A stretch of DNA of 64,000 bases from a virus. Below the pieces are notes generated by a model. The model was not told where the DNA came from, did no database searches, and saw nothing but the letters and a program-made list of their open reading frames with translations. Every line of letters begins with the position of its first letter. Positions within the stretch are counted from its first letter, which is position 1. The stretch is taken from IMG/VR virus record IMGVR_UViG_3300043446_000435, positions 1 through 64,000 of that record; one strand, 5' to 3'. The translations under genes and the position numbers were made by a program. Of the stretch, positions 47,719 to 57,732 are shown piece by piece.

Positions 47719-47960
47719 TGGCTTACGTTGAAGTTGATCTCGACGATTTTGACGACGAAGATCTTATCGAAGAACTGAAGTATCGCGGATACTCTATTTC
47801 TAAACGTCAAAAAGATTCTTCTTGGAACAGACCTTCGCTTGCGAATGATGAACTGGATGAAGTTTTATGGAAGCTGCGTGAAGCCTATATACTTGAGGGC
47901 GGTGATCATTTTCACGATTCGTTCAAGAAGCTTCTAGCAGAATACGGATACCATGTATGA
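47718..47960 (+). CDS. hypothetical protein
   Basis: DFDDEDLIEELK.RG. Confidence 0.55.
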   Translation: MAYVEVDLDDFDDEDLIEELKYRGYSISKRQKDSSWNRPSLANDELDEVLWKLREAYILEGGDHFHDSFKKLLAEYGYHV

Positions 47961-48199
47961 CAGAACGCGATCTAATCAAAACAAGATTCCTCGACTTCGT
48001 GTTTCAGAACGTCGATTCTTTACGAATTAACAATCCTGAGATGAGTGAAGTTGAAGCCGCGAAACTTGTGATGGGTGTTGCGTTCGATACATTGACTAAG
48101 ACGTGGGGTGACGCATATGGTCCACGTTACATGGCAGAATATTTCTATCGCGTAGCCGATGGATTTGTCGATCAATCTAACAAGGAAAAAGCGAAGTGA
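47957..48199 (+). CDS. hypothetical protein
   Basis: Coupled ORF. Confidence 0.5.
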   Translation: MTERDLIKTRFLDFVFQNVDSLRINNPEMSEVEAAKLVMGVAFDTLTKTWGDAYGPRYMAEYFYRVADGFVDQSNKEKAK

Positions 48200-48783
48200 A
48201 ACTCATTGGATTATGTGGTCTCATCAGTTCTGGCAAAGGAACTGTTGCCGATCATCTCATGGAAGAACATGATTATATTGGTGCATCGTTTGCAGAAACG
48301 CTGAAAGATGCAGCAGCCTGTATCTTTGGCTGGGATCGCGATATGCTTGAAGGCTCAGACTCGCAAGCTCGCGCTGAACGTGAACTGAAAGACGAGTGGT
48401 GGAGCGAGCGACTAGGCTTTGATGTGTCGCCGCGATATATGCTACAGTTCATGGGAACAGAAGTGATGCGTGGTCATCTGCACTCAGACATCTGGGCTAT
48501 TGCTACTGAAAAGCGTATCCTAGAAATGTCGCGAGACTATCCTTGGGCTAACTTCGTTATCAGCGATGTTCGTTTCCCGAATGAGTTTCAGATGATTCGT
48601 CGCCTTGGTGGAGAGATTTGGCATATTCAGCGCGGCGAGCTTCCCGACTGGTTTGGCAAGAATCCCTCGCATATTCACGCCAGCGAAACTGCGTGGAACA
48701 ATGAGCGATTTGATGTTACCTTCCACAATGACAAGGATATCTCTGGGCTAAAACTAGCCGTTGACAACTATCTCGCGAAGTGA
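48196..48783 (+). CDS. deoxynucleoside monophosphate kinase (T4 gp1-like)
   Basis: GLISSGKGT, FA..LK, LQFMGTE..R, SDVRFPNE, HASE. Confidence 0.92.
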   Translation: MKLIGLCGLISSGKGTVADHLMEEHDYIGASFAETLKDAAACIFGWDRDMLEGSDSQARAERELKDEWWSERLGFDVSPRYMLQFMGTEVMRGHLHSDIWAIATEKRILEMSRDYPWANFVISDVRFPNEFQMIRRLGGEIWHIQRGELPDWFGKNPSHIHASETAWNNERFDVTFHNDKDISGLKLAVDNYLAK

Positions 48784-48813
48784 TATAATAGTATTATATG
48801 ATGGAGTTTGGCT

Positions 48814-49185
48814 ATGAACGTTGGCGAGAATGTTACTATCCGTGTGCGCGATGCGCGCAATCCTGCTGTGTTCGCGTCTGGTGTTATTCGCGAGTTCAAT
48901 GAATACTCAGGCAAGATTTTGCCCAATCCTAAGTGGGTATCGTCCGACTCCATCTGTATCTCTACTGGCGATACTCATTTCCCCTTCCGTATCATCGATC
49001 GTGAACGTATCGTAGGCTTGGGCGAAGCTGCTCCCGTTGCTGCTCCGCGAAGCGAGACGTTCATCGTTCAGGGTTCAAAGCCTGGAACGACATATACTGT
49101 CACTCGTGATGGTTCTCACTGGAGCTGCACTTGTGTTGGCTTCGGTTTCCGCAAAGACTGCAAGCACGTCAGGGAGTGCAAGTGA
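48814..49185 (+). CDS. SWIM zinc-finger protein
   Basis: WSCTCVGF..RKDCKH. Confidence 0.75.
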   Translation: MNVGENVTIRVRDARNPAVFASGVIREFNEYSGKILPNPKWVSSDSICISTGDTHFPFRIIDRERIVGLGEAAPVAAPRSETFIVQGSKPGTTYTVTRDGSHWSCTCVGFGFRKDCKHVRECK

Positions 49186-49469
49186 TGCCGAGATATTCGT
49201 TAATCCGTGACAGCGATGGTGCTGGTGACTCTGGTCCCATGTGTCAGATTCTAGACGAAGAAAGCTATCAGCCTATCCCCAACGAAACGTATCCGCGAGT
49301 AGGTTGTGGTGTTCGCGTCGGCTCACCGTATGCCCGCACATATTCTGCGCAGGATTATTGGCAGACTACTCCCGTCACAGAAATCATTGAGGAGTCTATC
49401 AACGATGAAGGATATTGGACTGTGAAGTTCAAGACCAAGAACTCGTCTTACACATGGAAGGAATTCTGA
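49185..49469 (+). CDS. hypothetical protein
   Basis: WQTTPVTEI, F.TKNS.Y. Confidence 0.55.
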   Translation: MPRYSLIRDSDGAGDSGPMCQILDEESYQPIPNETYPRVGCGVRVGSPYARTYSAQDYWQTTPVTEIIEESINDEGYWTVKFKTKNSSYTWKEF

Positions 49470-49678
49470 TGGACACAGTTCGTATTGAAATGATGATATG
49501 CAATGCGCAAGGGAGTGTCATACAGAACTGGACTACGATGCAAGGTAGTATTGAGAACAATCCGCAAATATATGTGCCTAGAGCTACAGCCCTGCAAGAT
49601 TCACAATCAGGAACGAATTATGCTCGAGTGCGCGTAGTCAGTGAACAAACCAATCGAATCGTGGATATATTTACATGA
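49469..49678 (+). CDS. hypothetical protein
   Basis: Coupled ORF. Confidence 0.45.
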   Translation: MDTVRIEMMICNAQGSVIQNWTTMQGSIENNPQIYVPRATALQDSQSGTNYARVRVVSEQTNRIVDIFT

Positions 49679-50157
49679 GTGAAGACATGAAAGATTTCTG
49701 GGAAAGCATTGAACGCATTCAGAAAGCGTTCAAAGAAATCGACGCAGAGCACGCCAAGATGGCAGATGAATGCGATCCAGAACTCAAGCTTGCTGTGACT
49801 AAATGGGTGATGAAGCATATCGTCGAGCATGCGCGCGAGGGAGGCAGCTATCGCTATCTCATCTATGATCGACTAGGCTTTGGTCCAGAAGCATACGCTC
49901 CGCTCTGCTCTGATGGTATGACTATCAGCAACGAGTTTGATCTTAATACGGTTCCTGACGCTCGCGAAGCACTAGCGGCTGGCGATCACGAAAAGCTGAA
50001 GGAAGTATTGAGTTGCTGCGACGAGCCAGGATGCTACAATCAAATCAGCGCTGGTTTTCCGACTGACAATGGATATCGTCGCACCTGCGGTGAACACTAC
50101 AGAATGTATAGCGAAAAACATCAGGAGAGAAAGAATGGCAATGCATCTGAGTCTTGA
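49675..50157 (+). CDS. hypothetical protein with Cys/His cluster
   Basis: CDEPGC...CGEH. Confidence 0.55.
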   Translation: MSEDMKDFWESIERIQKAFKEIDAEHAKMADECDPELKLAVTKWVMKHIVEHAREGGSYRYLIYDRLGFGPEAYAPLCSDGMTISNEFDLNTVPDAREALAAGDHEKLKEVLSCCDEPGCYNQISAGFPTDNGYRRTCGEHYRMYSEKHQERKNGNASES

Positions 50158-50374
50158 TATTGATTACGAACTTGCTGATCGGATTACTGTAGCCAATCTA
50201 AAAGATTGCTATCAGCGTCTTGGTAATGAAATCAAAGACGTAAAGGCGATTGAGAACAAAGAAAGATGGCATCTTGAAGATCTTGAGGACTTTAAGAGAA
50301 ACCGTAAGGCTATCAAAAAGACGCTGAGATATTTCTTGACGGCTCAAGAAGCGAAGGAGTTTTTTAATGAGTGA
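50135..50374 (+). CDS. hypothetical protein
   Basis: AGGAG RBS. Confidence 0.5.
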   Translation: MAMHLSLDIDYELADRITVANLKDCYQRLGNEIKDVKAIENKERWHLEDLEDFKRNRKAIKKTLRYFLTAQEAKEFFNE

Positions 50375-50990
50375 TGATAAGTTTTTTGTTGTTGATGATG
50401 TGCTACCAGCTGCGCAGCACGAAAGACTATATCATTCTCTGCGAAAGTTGCCGTGGACTTCTGAATGGTCTTCTGCAATCGGTCGACTAGATTTTGCTTG
50501 GCATTGGAATCATACGTTCCACGAGTCGCGTCAGAATATGCCTGCCATGTCAGATGCAGAATATGAAGCGCTGAAAGTTCGATATCCGCTTATCGCTCCT
50601 CTGTGGGATAGAGCGAAAGAAATCGTAAAACAAAACATGGGTAAGTATGATATCCTTCGTTTCTATACCAACTGCAATCCCTATGGAACGAACGCATACA
50701 TCCACACAGATGATGGCGACTACACCATGATCTATTATCCTGCGCTGGAATGGAATCCGGAGTGGGAAGGTGGAACTTGTTTCTACAAGAAAGATGAGAA
50801 TGGAAATCACGACGCGATCAAATATGTTTCGTATAAGCCAAATCGTCTCGTTCTATTCCCTGCAAAGATTCCTCATCGAGGAATGCCTGTCGATAGGCAA
50901 TGCACCGCGCCGCGTTATGTTATCGCAATGAAACTGCAACGTGACGTTAACGATCCAAGCTATATGCGCGAATACTACAATAGAGGTTGA
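50367..50990 (+). CDS. 2OG-Fe(II) oxygenase (prolyl-hydroxylase-like)
   Basis: HTDD, W..EWEGGT, PNRLVLF...IPH, R..IA.K. Confidence 0.85.
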   Translation: MSDDKFFVVDDVLPAAQHERLYHSLRKLPWTSEWSSAIGRLDFAWHWNHTFHESRQNMPAMSDAEYEALKVRYPLIAPLWDRAKEIVKQNMGKYDILRFYTNCNPYGTNAYIHTDDGDYTMIYYPALEWNPEWEGGTCFYKKDENGNHDAIKYVSYKPNRLVLFPAKIPHRGMPVDRQCTAPRYVIAMKLQRDVNDPSYMREYYNRG

Positions 50991-51196
50991 TCATGGCTAA
51001 GAAAACTACGAATGAAGGATTCAACGTCAGTTATTACTGTCGCGATAAGAACACCAGCGACGATATCAAGAACGTCTCAATGAGTTGGGATAATCGTTCT
51101 ATTGACGAAATCCGCGAGAATCTTAACACATGGCTTATTGCTACTGGATATGGTGATTTGGTGGTTGTGCAGCAGGTGACAAAAGATGCAAAGTGA
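50987..51196 (+). CDS. hypothetical protein
   Basis: Coupled ORF. Confidence 0.5.
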   Translation: MIMAKKTTNEGFNVSYYCRDKNTSDDIKNVSMSWDNRSIDEIRENLNTWLIATGYGDLVVVQQVTKDAK

Positions 51197-51437
51197 TCTC
51201 GAACTCCTTGTAGAATACGATATGTTCGTAAACGGTTTCGATCCCGCTAACAAGGACGACATCATTGCGTATTGGGCTGCACTTCTTCAGTAAGTTTTGG
51301 CGTCTGTGGGCTAAAGCTCTCGGCAGAAAAGAAGGTATCACTGATAAAGAGTCGGATAGGGTTGCCCTTATCCGCACTCTAATCGTGCTATCGTATATCA
51401 TCACAAACATCTTTATCATAGCAGGCGTGATACGACA

Positions 51438-51677
51438 TTGGTAAGCAAGAAAGCAGAGTGGTGGTTTGAGTGGGGTTCAACAGCGATCCTCATTGTTGGC
51501 GTAGCTCTGACTGCGTGGAACATCTATCCGCTCAACGTCTGGTTCTCGCTCGCTGGTAACTTTGGCTGGTTCGTAGTGGGTTGGCTTTGGCGTAAGTGGT
51601 CACTCTTGACAATTCAGATCATAGTGAGTATAATATATCTAATGGGTCTAGCACAACACTATGGAGTATGGCTGTGA
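51438..51677 (+). CDS. small PnuC-like membrane protein
   Basis: 3 TM, IYPLN..F...GN.GW. Confidence 0.5.
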   Translation: MVSKKAEWWFEWGSTAILIVGVALTAWNIYPLNVWFSLAGNFGWFVVGWLWRKWSLLTIQIIVSIIYLMGLAQHYGVWL

Positions 51678-52354
51678 AAATTGGCATCATGTCAGACCTT
51701 CACATGTATAAGACTGTTCTGACTGAAGAGACGCCTTGGGATTTCGAGCCAGAGCCCGATGTGTTCTATATCTGCGCTGGTGATATCTGCGAAGATGACG
51801 ATGCTCGCGCTCGTTTTGTTCAGAAGCACTACGATCATATGTTTGCTATCAACGGCAATCACGATTACTATGGCGGATATTTCAGCGACGCTATCTATCA
51901 CACGCTCACGCGCGAAGTGAATGGTATCAAGATCGCTGGCGCAACGCTATGGACTGACTTATCAAAGTTTCTCGATTGGGTAATGTATGAGAACGGTCTC
52001 ATCGACTCTCGATATATCTCAGGAGTGACACATCAGCGTATGATGGAAACGCACAACGCACACAAGTATTTCTTGCTCAACAGCGAAGCTGATATCATTG
52101 TGTCGCATCACACTCCTTCATATCAATCTGTTCATGAGAAGTATCGTGGTAGCCCGTTCAATTCATCGTTCTCTAATAACATGGACGAGCAGATCCTTGC
52201 TATGAAGAAGCCGCCCAAGCTGTGGATTCACGGACATACTCACGATGAATTCGATTATATGATCGGCGAGACTCGTGTGATCTGCTGGCCTCGCGGCTAC
52301 AAGAACGAGCGCGACAACTATTGGAACTACAAACCAAAGATCGTGGAGATTTGA
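51674..52354 (+). CDS. calcineurin-like metallophosphoesterase
   Basis: SDLH, AGD, GNHD, SHH.P, WIHGHTH. Confidence 0.9.
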   Translation: MKIGIMSDLHMYKTVLTEETPWDFEPEPDVFYICAGDICEDDDARARFVQKHYDHMFAINGNHDYYGGYFSDAIYHTLTREVNGIKIAGATLWTDLSKFLDWVMYENGLIDSRYISGVTHQRMMETHNAHKYFLLNSEADIIVSHHTPSYQSVHEKYRGSPFNSSFSNNMDEQILAMKKPPKLWIHGHTHDEFDYMIGETRVICWPRGYKNERDNYWNYKPKIVEI

Positions 52355-52355
52355 T

Positions 52356-52940
52356 ATGAACAGATTTATCCTTGACAAAGATCCGCAAACTGCCGCAGAG
52401 TATCATTGCGACAAACACGTTGTCAAAATGATCCTCGAAGAATGTCAGATGCTTTGCACTGCGCATCGTATTCTTGACGGCGTAGAAACTTTGGGTAAGT
52501 CCAAAACTAATCGTAATGTCAAGCGTTGGATTCTTCCAGACGAACGCGAAACAGCTCTGTATCACGCCACTCATGTCAATCATCCTTGCACTCAGTGGTC
52601 GATGTTCACAACGAACAATTATACTTGGTCGGTATCATTGCTGCGTTGTTTGCTTGACGAGTATAAGTTTCGCTACAAGAAAGAGCATAAGTGCGAACAG
52701 CTATATCCGCTTCTCCAGCGGCTGCCGCACAATATCAAGTCTGGTCCGCTGACTCTATTTCCACAGGCTATGCCTGATGAATGTAAGCGCGAGCATCCAG
52801 TAGAAGGCTATCGTCAATACTATATAGATCACAAGGCGCGATTCGCAAAATGGACGGATCGGCCTGTACCGGAGTGGTTCACTTGTTCATCAAACTCACA
52901 AACACATCCGGCGACCACGCCGGAGAAAGTATATGGATAA
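52356..52940 (+). CDS. pyrimidine-dimer DNA glycosylase/endonuclease V-like
   Basis: DKHVVKMILE, HVNHPC..W, PQAMP, YRQYY. Confidence 0.8.
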   Translation: MNRFILDKDPQTAAEYHCDKHVVKMILEECQMLCTAHRILDGVETLGKSKTNRNVKRWILPDERETALYHATHVNHPCTQWSMFTTNNYTWSVSLLRCLLDEYKFRYKKEHKCEQLYPLLQRLPHNIKSGPLTLFPQAMPDECKREHPVEGYRQYYIDHKARFAKWTDRPVPEWFTCSSNSQTHPATTPEKVYG

Positions 52941-53119
52941 ACGTAGATCACATCACAGCAGTCTACGATCACCCTAAAGTTGCTGGTGGCGGGATTACTA
53001 CGTTCGTTCACGGACGAGTAGGTGCTCCAATCACTTGGGAAGTCGAAGAGTCTACATCGCAGGTTATGAAACTGATTGAGGAAGCAAATGCAAAGCGTGA
53101 AGGTTGTAGCTGTAAGTAA
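52850..53119 (+). CDS. FlbD-like small protein (start uncertain)
   Basis: IKLT...IWINVDHI...V.ES..QV. Confidence 0.45.
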   Translation: MDGSACTGVVHLFIKLTNTSGDHAGESIWINVDHITAVYDHPKVAGGGITTFVHGRVGAPITWEVEESTSQVMKLIEEANAKREGCSCK

Positions 53120-53768
53120 GCCAACGATTAGTGATCCTATCACTGGTTACATTGTTGGTACCGATGAGTTCATTGCTTATGTTGCTCGTGTAAGTAATCC
53201 ATCTAATCAAATGAATACGGAGACGGCTCCTAAGCTGCTTCGTTATCTCGCTAAGAACGCGCATTGGTCTCCATTCGAAATGGTTTCTATTTGCATGGAA
53301 ATCGACACGACTCGCGACATCGCTCGACAGATCCTCCGTCACCGTTCATTTTCTTTCCAAGAGTTCTCGCAGCGTTATGCTGATCCTACAAAAGATCTTG
53401 GGTTCGTTACTCGCGAAGCTCGTCTGCAGGATACTAAGAATCGTCAGAATAGCATCGAGACCGAAGACGAACAGCTTCAGCGCGATTGGAATCAGATCCA
53501 AAGCAACATGCAGGATATGGCTAGAGGCGCATATAAGTGGGCTATCGAAAATAATATCGCCAAGGAACAGGCTCGAGCTGTGCTTCCCGAAGGACTAATT
53601 CAGTCGCGTATGTATATGAACGGGACGCTTCGTAGCTGGATTCACTACTGCGAACTGCGTATGGCAAACGGCACTCAGAAAGAGCATCGTGAGATTGCTA
53701 CTATGGCATGGAACGAAATCACAAAGATTTTCCCTTCCCTCGCTGACATTCTGTCAGATACTAAATAA
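53088..53768 (+). CDS. thyX: FAD-dependent thymidylate synthase
   Basis: HWSPFE, RHRSFSFQEFSQRY, ARAVLP, Q.EHR. Confidence 0.95.
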   Translation: MQSVKVVAVSKPTISDPITGYIVGTDEFIAYVARVSNPSNQMNTETAPKLLRYLAKNAHWSPFEMVSICMEIDTTRDIARQILRHRSFSFQEFSQRYADPTKDLGFVTREARLQDTKNRQNSIETEDEQLQRDWNQIQSNMQDMARGAYKWAIENNIAKEQARAVLPEGLIQSRMYMNGTLRSWIHYCELRMANGTQKEHREIATMAWNEITKIFPSLADILSDTK

Positions 53769-53776
53769 TAGGTACG

Positions 53777-54010
53777 ATGCCTTCATACACTATTGAAAAC
53801 ACACAGACCGGCGAAGTCACTACCGAGATCATGTCTTGGGACTCGCTAGAACAGCATCTCGCAGCAAATCCCCACCTAAAGCAAATCATCGGTGCGCCGC
53901 CAATCGTCAGCGGCGTATCGGCTGGACGCAACAAACCTGACAGCGGCTTTCGCGATATCCTAAAGACTATCAAGAAACGCCATCCAGGTTCAACTGTCAA
54001 CACATTCTAA
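53777..54010 (+). CDS. FmdB-like small phage protein
   Basis: MPSY......TGE...KPDSGF.D.L..IK..HPGS. Confidence 0.55.
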   Translation: MPSYTIENTQTGEVTTEIMSWDSLEQHLAANPHLKQIIGAPPIVSGVSAGRNKPDSGFRDILKTIKKRHPGSTVNTF

Positions 54011-54080
54011 GGAGGACCGCACGACACAGAACTCGTTCTAGTTCGTTATGATTCCCTATAACCATAACATCGGAGCAGAC

Positions 54081-54851
54081 ATGAAGCCTGCAATCATAGA
54101 CGAAGCATTTCTTGAAGCCGAAGCAAGTAAGTATTTGACGAGAAAAGAACGAAAACAAAAGAAGAGAGCTAAGGGAACAGGTTATCGACAACCTGTGATT
54201 CCGAGCTTGTGTCGTGTATCCCCCAAAACAGCAGCGCAACGACTCGTCGTCGAAGCATTCAATTCAGACAAGAATATTATCATGCACGGATGCGCGGGAA
54301 CTGGTAAGACGTTTCTTGCCGTTTGGTTATCAATGAATTCCGTGCTAGAAGGTGAAGCACCGCGCCCAATCGTAATCCTACGCAGCGTGGTTCCTACACG
54401 CGATATTGGTTTTTTACCAGGATCTGCTAAGGACAAAGCCGCAGTTTACGAAGCTCCGTATTCGGGAATCGTTTCTGAGATTTGTGATAAGAATTACGAC
54501 TGGCTCAAGCAAAACGGCTACATTCAATTTGACACAACGTCATTCCTGCGTGGTATGACATTCCGTGATAACATCATCATCGTTGATGAGTGTCAGAATT
54601 TATCCGATCACGAAATCCATACTATCATGACTCGCGTGGGTGAGGGATGTCGTGTTATTTTCTGTGGCGACTTTACGCAGAAAGACTATATCCGTGAAGG
54701 CTCGGGAATGAACAATCTACTCAAGATTGCTAGTGAAATGCGTTCGTTCGAAATTGTGAAGTTTCATAAGGAGGATGTCGTTCGTTCGGGGTTTGTGCGC
54801 GAATATATACTAACACGCACAGAACTTGAAGAACGTGGAATGATAACTTGA
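54081..54851 (+). CDS. phoH: PhoH-like ATPase
   Basis: GCAGTGKT, IGFLPG, LRGMTF, VDECQN, GD..Q.D. Confidence 0.92.
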   Translation: MKPAIIDEAFLEAEASKYLTRKERKQKKRAKGTGYRQPVIPSLCRVSPKTAAQRLVVEAFNSDKNIIMHGCAGTGKTFLAVWLSMNSVLEGEAPRPIVILRSVVPTRDIGFLPGSAKDKAAVYEAPYSGIVSEICDKNYDWLKQNGYIQFDTTSFLRGMTFRDNIIIVDECQNLSDHEIHTIMTRVGEGCRVIFCGDFTQKDYIREGSGMNNLLKIASEMRSFEIVKFHKEDVVRSGFVREYILTRTELEERGMIT

Positions 54852-55543
54852 GATTTGATCATAGTCCTTACATAGATTTACCAAGAGCAAAACAAATCAA
54901 CACACCATCGGGGCGTCGCTATCAGACCCCCGATGGAAACGTGTATCCTTCCATCACCACAGTTCTGGGCGATCAGCCGGAGAAGAAGAAAGCCATTGCT
55001 GAGTGGCGTGCTCGTGTTGGTGAAGCCGAAGCAAACAAAATCAGCTCGCAAGCCGCTCGTCGTGGTACCGATCTCCACAACCTTATGGAAACCTACATTT
55101 TAGGAGACGAGATTGATGCAAAGAAAATCATGCCCGCGACACTCGCACGTTTTCGTCCTGTTCAGAAATGTCTGGATGAGAATCTACAACTTGTTTATGC
55201 GTCTGAAACACCAATGTTCTCAGACATCCTCCGCATCGCAGGGACCGCAGACTTAATCTGCGAATGGAATGGCGAAGTGACTGTGATTGATTTTAAGACG
55301 GCTGCAAGAATGAAGACAGCCGATATGATTACCGACTACTTCCTACAAGCCACAGCCTACTCGATCATGTTCGAGGAGCATACTGGTATCGAATGTCATC
55401 ACTTTGCCATTCTCATGGTTTCTGACGAAGGCGAGTTCCAAGTATTCTCAGGCAAACGCAATGACTACGTCCGCCAATTGATTCGTGTAAGAGATCAATA
55501 TGAGTGGAGGAAAAGTCTTGACGAACACAGGCAAACCGCTTAA
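54848..55543 (+). CDS. PD-(D/E)xK exonuclease
   Basis: YPSITTVL, RGT.LH, AGTAD, IDFKT, Q..AY. Confidence 0.85.
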   Translation: MRFDHSPYIDLPRAKQINTPSGRRYQTPDGNVYPSITTVLGDQPEKKKAIAEWRARVGEAEANKISSQAARRGTDLHNLMETYILGDEIDAKKIMPATLARFRPVQKCLDENLQLVYASETPMFSDILRIAGTADLICEWNGEVTVIDFKTAARMKTADMITDYFLQATAYSIMFEEHTGIECHHFAILMVSDEGEFQVFSGKRNDYVRQLIRVRDQYEWRKSLDEHRQTA

Positions 55544-55551
55544 TATAAATA
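55544..55551 (+). promoter_or_regulatory. T4-type late promoter upstream of tmRNA
   Basis: TATAAATA. Confidence 0.6.
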
Positions 55552-55555
55552 TCAC

Positions 55556-55858
55556 GCTGAGGTCGTTGAGGCGTATGGAATAAGCGTTTCGGACGCGGGT
55601 GCGATACCCGCCGCCTCCACCATAAACACAAGCGTCCTGCGAGAGAGTTGCTTTAGGGTAGGACGACAGGAAATAGAACAGCAACTAATACCTGTTCCAC
55701 TTGTGTTTATGATGGGGGCGAAATAGGTTCGACGGGATGCAGTAAAGATGCGAAGAGACCAAAAGCACGTTCTAGATGCAAACGACAATGCACCTGTAGC
55801 TATGGCACTCGCTGCCTAAGCATGAGCTCGGGAGGAGCTTGGAAACAGAATCCTCCCA
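55556..55858 (+). ncRNA. ssrA: circularly permuted two-piece tmRNA, tag ANDNAPVAMALAA (outer ends approximate)
   Basis: Acceptor piece ends CGCCTCCACCA (55622); coding piece starts GGGGGCGAAATAGG (55714); tag 55778-55819. Confidence 0.92.
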
Positions 55859-55881
55859 CTTCCCACACATCGAGGTAGATT

Positions 55882-56109
55882 ATGTCTGATTCTAATGATA
55901 AGCGTCTCCGCTACGAAGTTCTTTGCACCGCAATTGGTTTAGTAGATCAAGAACTCTACTGGCGAAAAGAAAGTGGTGAGACTGTGACTGCTCCTCCTAC
56001 AGAAACATACATCAACAAAGCTAAAGAGCTGATGACATTCGTTGATGATATCGCTGATCCAACTGTAAAGACTGTCACTCAGCTTCTGACAGAACACATG
56101 GGTAAGTGA
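55882..56109 (+). CDS. hypothetical protein
   Basis: GAGG RBS. Confidence 0.55.
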   Translation: MSDSNDKRLRYEVLCTAIGLVDQELYWRKESGETVTAPPTETYINKAKELMTFVDDIADPTVKTVTQLLTEHMGK

Positions 56110-56113
56110 TCAT

Positions 56114-56189
56114 TCGGGGTTAGTTCAATCGGTAGAACTGCGGGTTTTGAGTCCGCGTGTTGGTGGTTCGAGTCCATCACCCCGAACCA
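56114..56189 (+). tRNA. tRNA-Gln(TTG)
   Basis: Loop TTTTGAG, CCA. Confidence 0.9.
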
Positions 56190-56204
56190 ACTTAGGATTA
56201 TATC

Positions 56205-56399
56205 ATGCAACGTAGACTTACAATCAGCCCTAAAGAACTCGAAACTCTTACAGAGTGGATCAAAGATATGGATCCACAACCACACAAAATCTCTTTGTTC
56301 AGTGAAAGCACAGGAATCGGCTGCTGCATTCGTGCAGAAATCGAGACAGCTGAAGGCGAAGGTGTGTGGAAAGATATCACAGACTATGATAATTGGTGA
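56205..56399 (+). CDS. hypothetical protein
   Basis: GIG...DITDY..W. Confidence 0.55.
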   Translation: MQRRLTISPKELETLTEWIKDMDPQPHKISLFSESTGIGCCIRAEIETAEGEGVWKDITDYDNW

Positions 56400-56402
56400 C
56401 AC

Positions 56403-56993
56403 ATGAAAGTCTATATTGGTCCTTATACAAACTGGGTTGGTCCTTATCAGATCGCTGATTTCATTTTCTTCTGGGTCAACAAGAACGGGATCTACGCTGA
56501 TGATCCTCCGATCTTTAGTCGTTGGGACTACAAGCTCCATGAAAAGGTTGGCGATTGGCTTGCTGACATCGAATGGCTGAATAAACTATGCAGCTGGATT
56601 GAGTCAAAGAAAGAGCGCAAGATCAAGATTCGTATTGACAAATATGATACTTGGTCACTGGATCATACGCTCGCGCTCATCGTTCATCCGATGCTTGTTC
56701 AGCTCCGCGAGTGCAATCACGGCTATTTCACTTCAGATCCAGACGACGCTCCGCATATTGGTAAGGGTGATGAAGTCGACTTTGGTCATAACGATTCGCT
56801 CGCGTATGATCGCTACAAGTGGATTATGGATGAACTGATCTGGACGTTCGAACAGCTGAAGAACGACAACGACTACGATTTGTTCTATAACAAAGAAACT
56901 GGTTGGGATTTCGAAGCTACCAAAGCGCACAATGATCGTATTGCGAATGGACTTCGTCTCTTTGGTAAGTATTATCGTTCGCTGTGGGACTAA
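56403..56993 (+). CDS. conserved phage hypothetical protein
   Basis: DTWSLDHTLA, GLRLFGKYY..LWD. Confidence 0.7.
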   Translation: MKVYIGPYTNWVGPYQIADFIFFWVNKNGIYADDPPIFSRWDYKLHEKVGDWLADIEWLNKLCSWIESKKERKIKIRIDKYDTWSLDHTLALIVHPMLVQLRECNHGYFTSDPDDAPHIGKGDEVDFGHNDSLAYDRYKWIMDELIWTFEQLKNDNDYDLFYNKETGWDFEATKAHNDRIANGLRLFGKYYRSLWD

Positions 56994-56995
56994 GA

Positions 56996-57622
56996 ATGAA
57001 TATCGCTTTTGCTGGATGCAGCTACACGACAGGTACTGAGTTAGATAATCCAGAAAAAGACAGATGGTCTAAAGTCTTGTGCGACGAGATCGGTGCTACA
57101 GAATATAACTTTGGCAAGTCTGGTTCTTCGAACGAAATGATCTGTATGTCTGTGTTCGAGGATATTCTGTCTAAGCCAGATATAGATTTCCTGGTTGTTC
57201 AGTTTACTTCGTGTCTAAGATTCAGTATGGCAACAGACGATCTGATTCTTTCGGTCGGTCCGAATCAACGAGGCAGAAACACTACAGAAGAACTGATCTG
57301 TAAGATACTGTATTCGGATGGAGAGTTTGGTAACACGAATTGGTATAAACTATTCAGATGGAAAGCTGTTGCTCTACATCATCTACTGAACGAAAGAAAC
57401 ATGAATCATATGTTTTTGTTCATGTTAGATAATGAGTCCAAGAAAATGAAAAACGATAAAATGGTTCCACAATCGTTTCGAGATCGCAGCCTGTTCATAG
57501 GCATGAGGGAATACTGCATACACAATGATCTTAAACTTGGAGCCAAACGTCATCCATTAGAAAAGGCAAGTTCTGCTCTTGCCAAAGATCTAATCTTACC
57601 TAAGATGAAAGAATTACTATGA
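56996..57622 (+). CDS. SGNH-like protein
   Basis: GCSYT.G, N.G..GSSN, HP. Confidence 0.6.
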   Translation: MNIAFAGCSYTTGTELDNPEKDRWSKVLCDEIGATEYNFGKSGSSNEMICMSVFEDILSKPDIDFLVVQFTSCLRFSMATDDLILSVGPNQRGRNTTEELICKILYSDGEFGNTNWYKLFRWKAVALHHLLNERNMNHMFLFMLDNESKKMKNDKMVPQSFRDRSLFIGMREYCIHNDLKLGAKRHPLEKASSALAKDLILPKMKELL

Positions 57623-57732
57623 TTTGGTTCTTAGTCAAATACTACGCCAGCAGAGTATGGTACAAGATCACATTCCGTGAACATCCAATCGAGAAAGCTC
57701 GTAAGCAGGATCCGTTTATCTATGAAGAATAA
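57619..57732 (+). CDS. small peptide of the type found beside carbamoyltransferases (not in ORF track)
   Basis: MIWFLV...RKQDPFIYEE*. Confidence 0.45.
   Translation: MIWFLVKYYASRVWYKITFREHPIEKARKQDPFIYEE

Noticed and set aside
54848-55543. Cas4/CRISPR system
   Set aside because: Stand-alone phage exonuclease with no cas genes or array.
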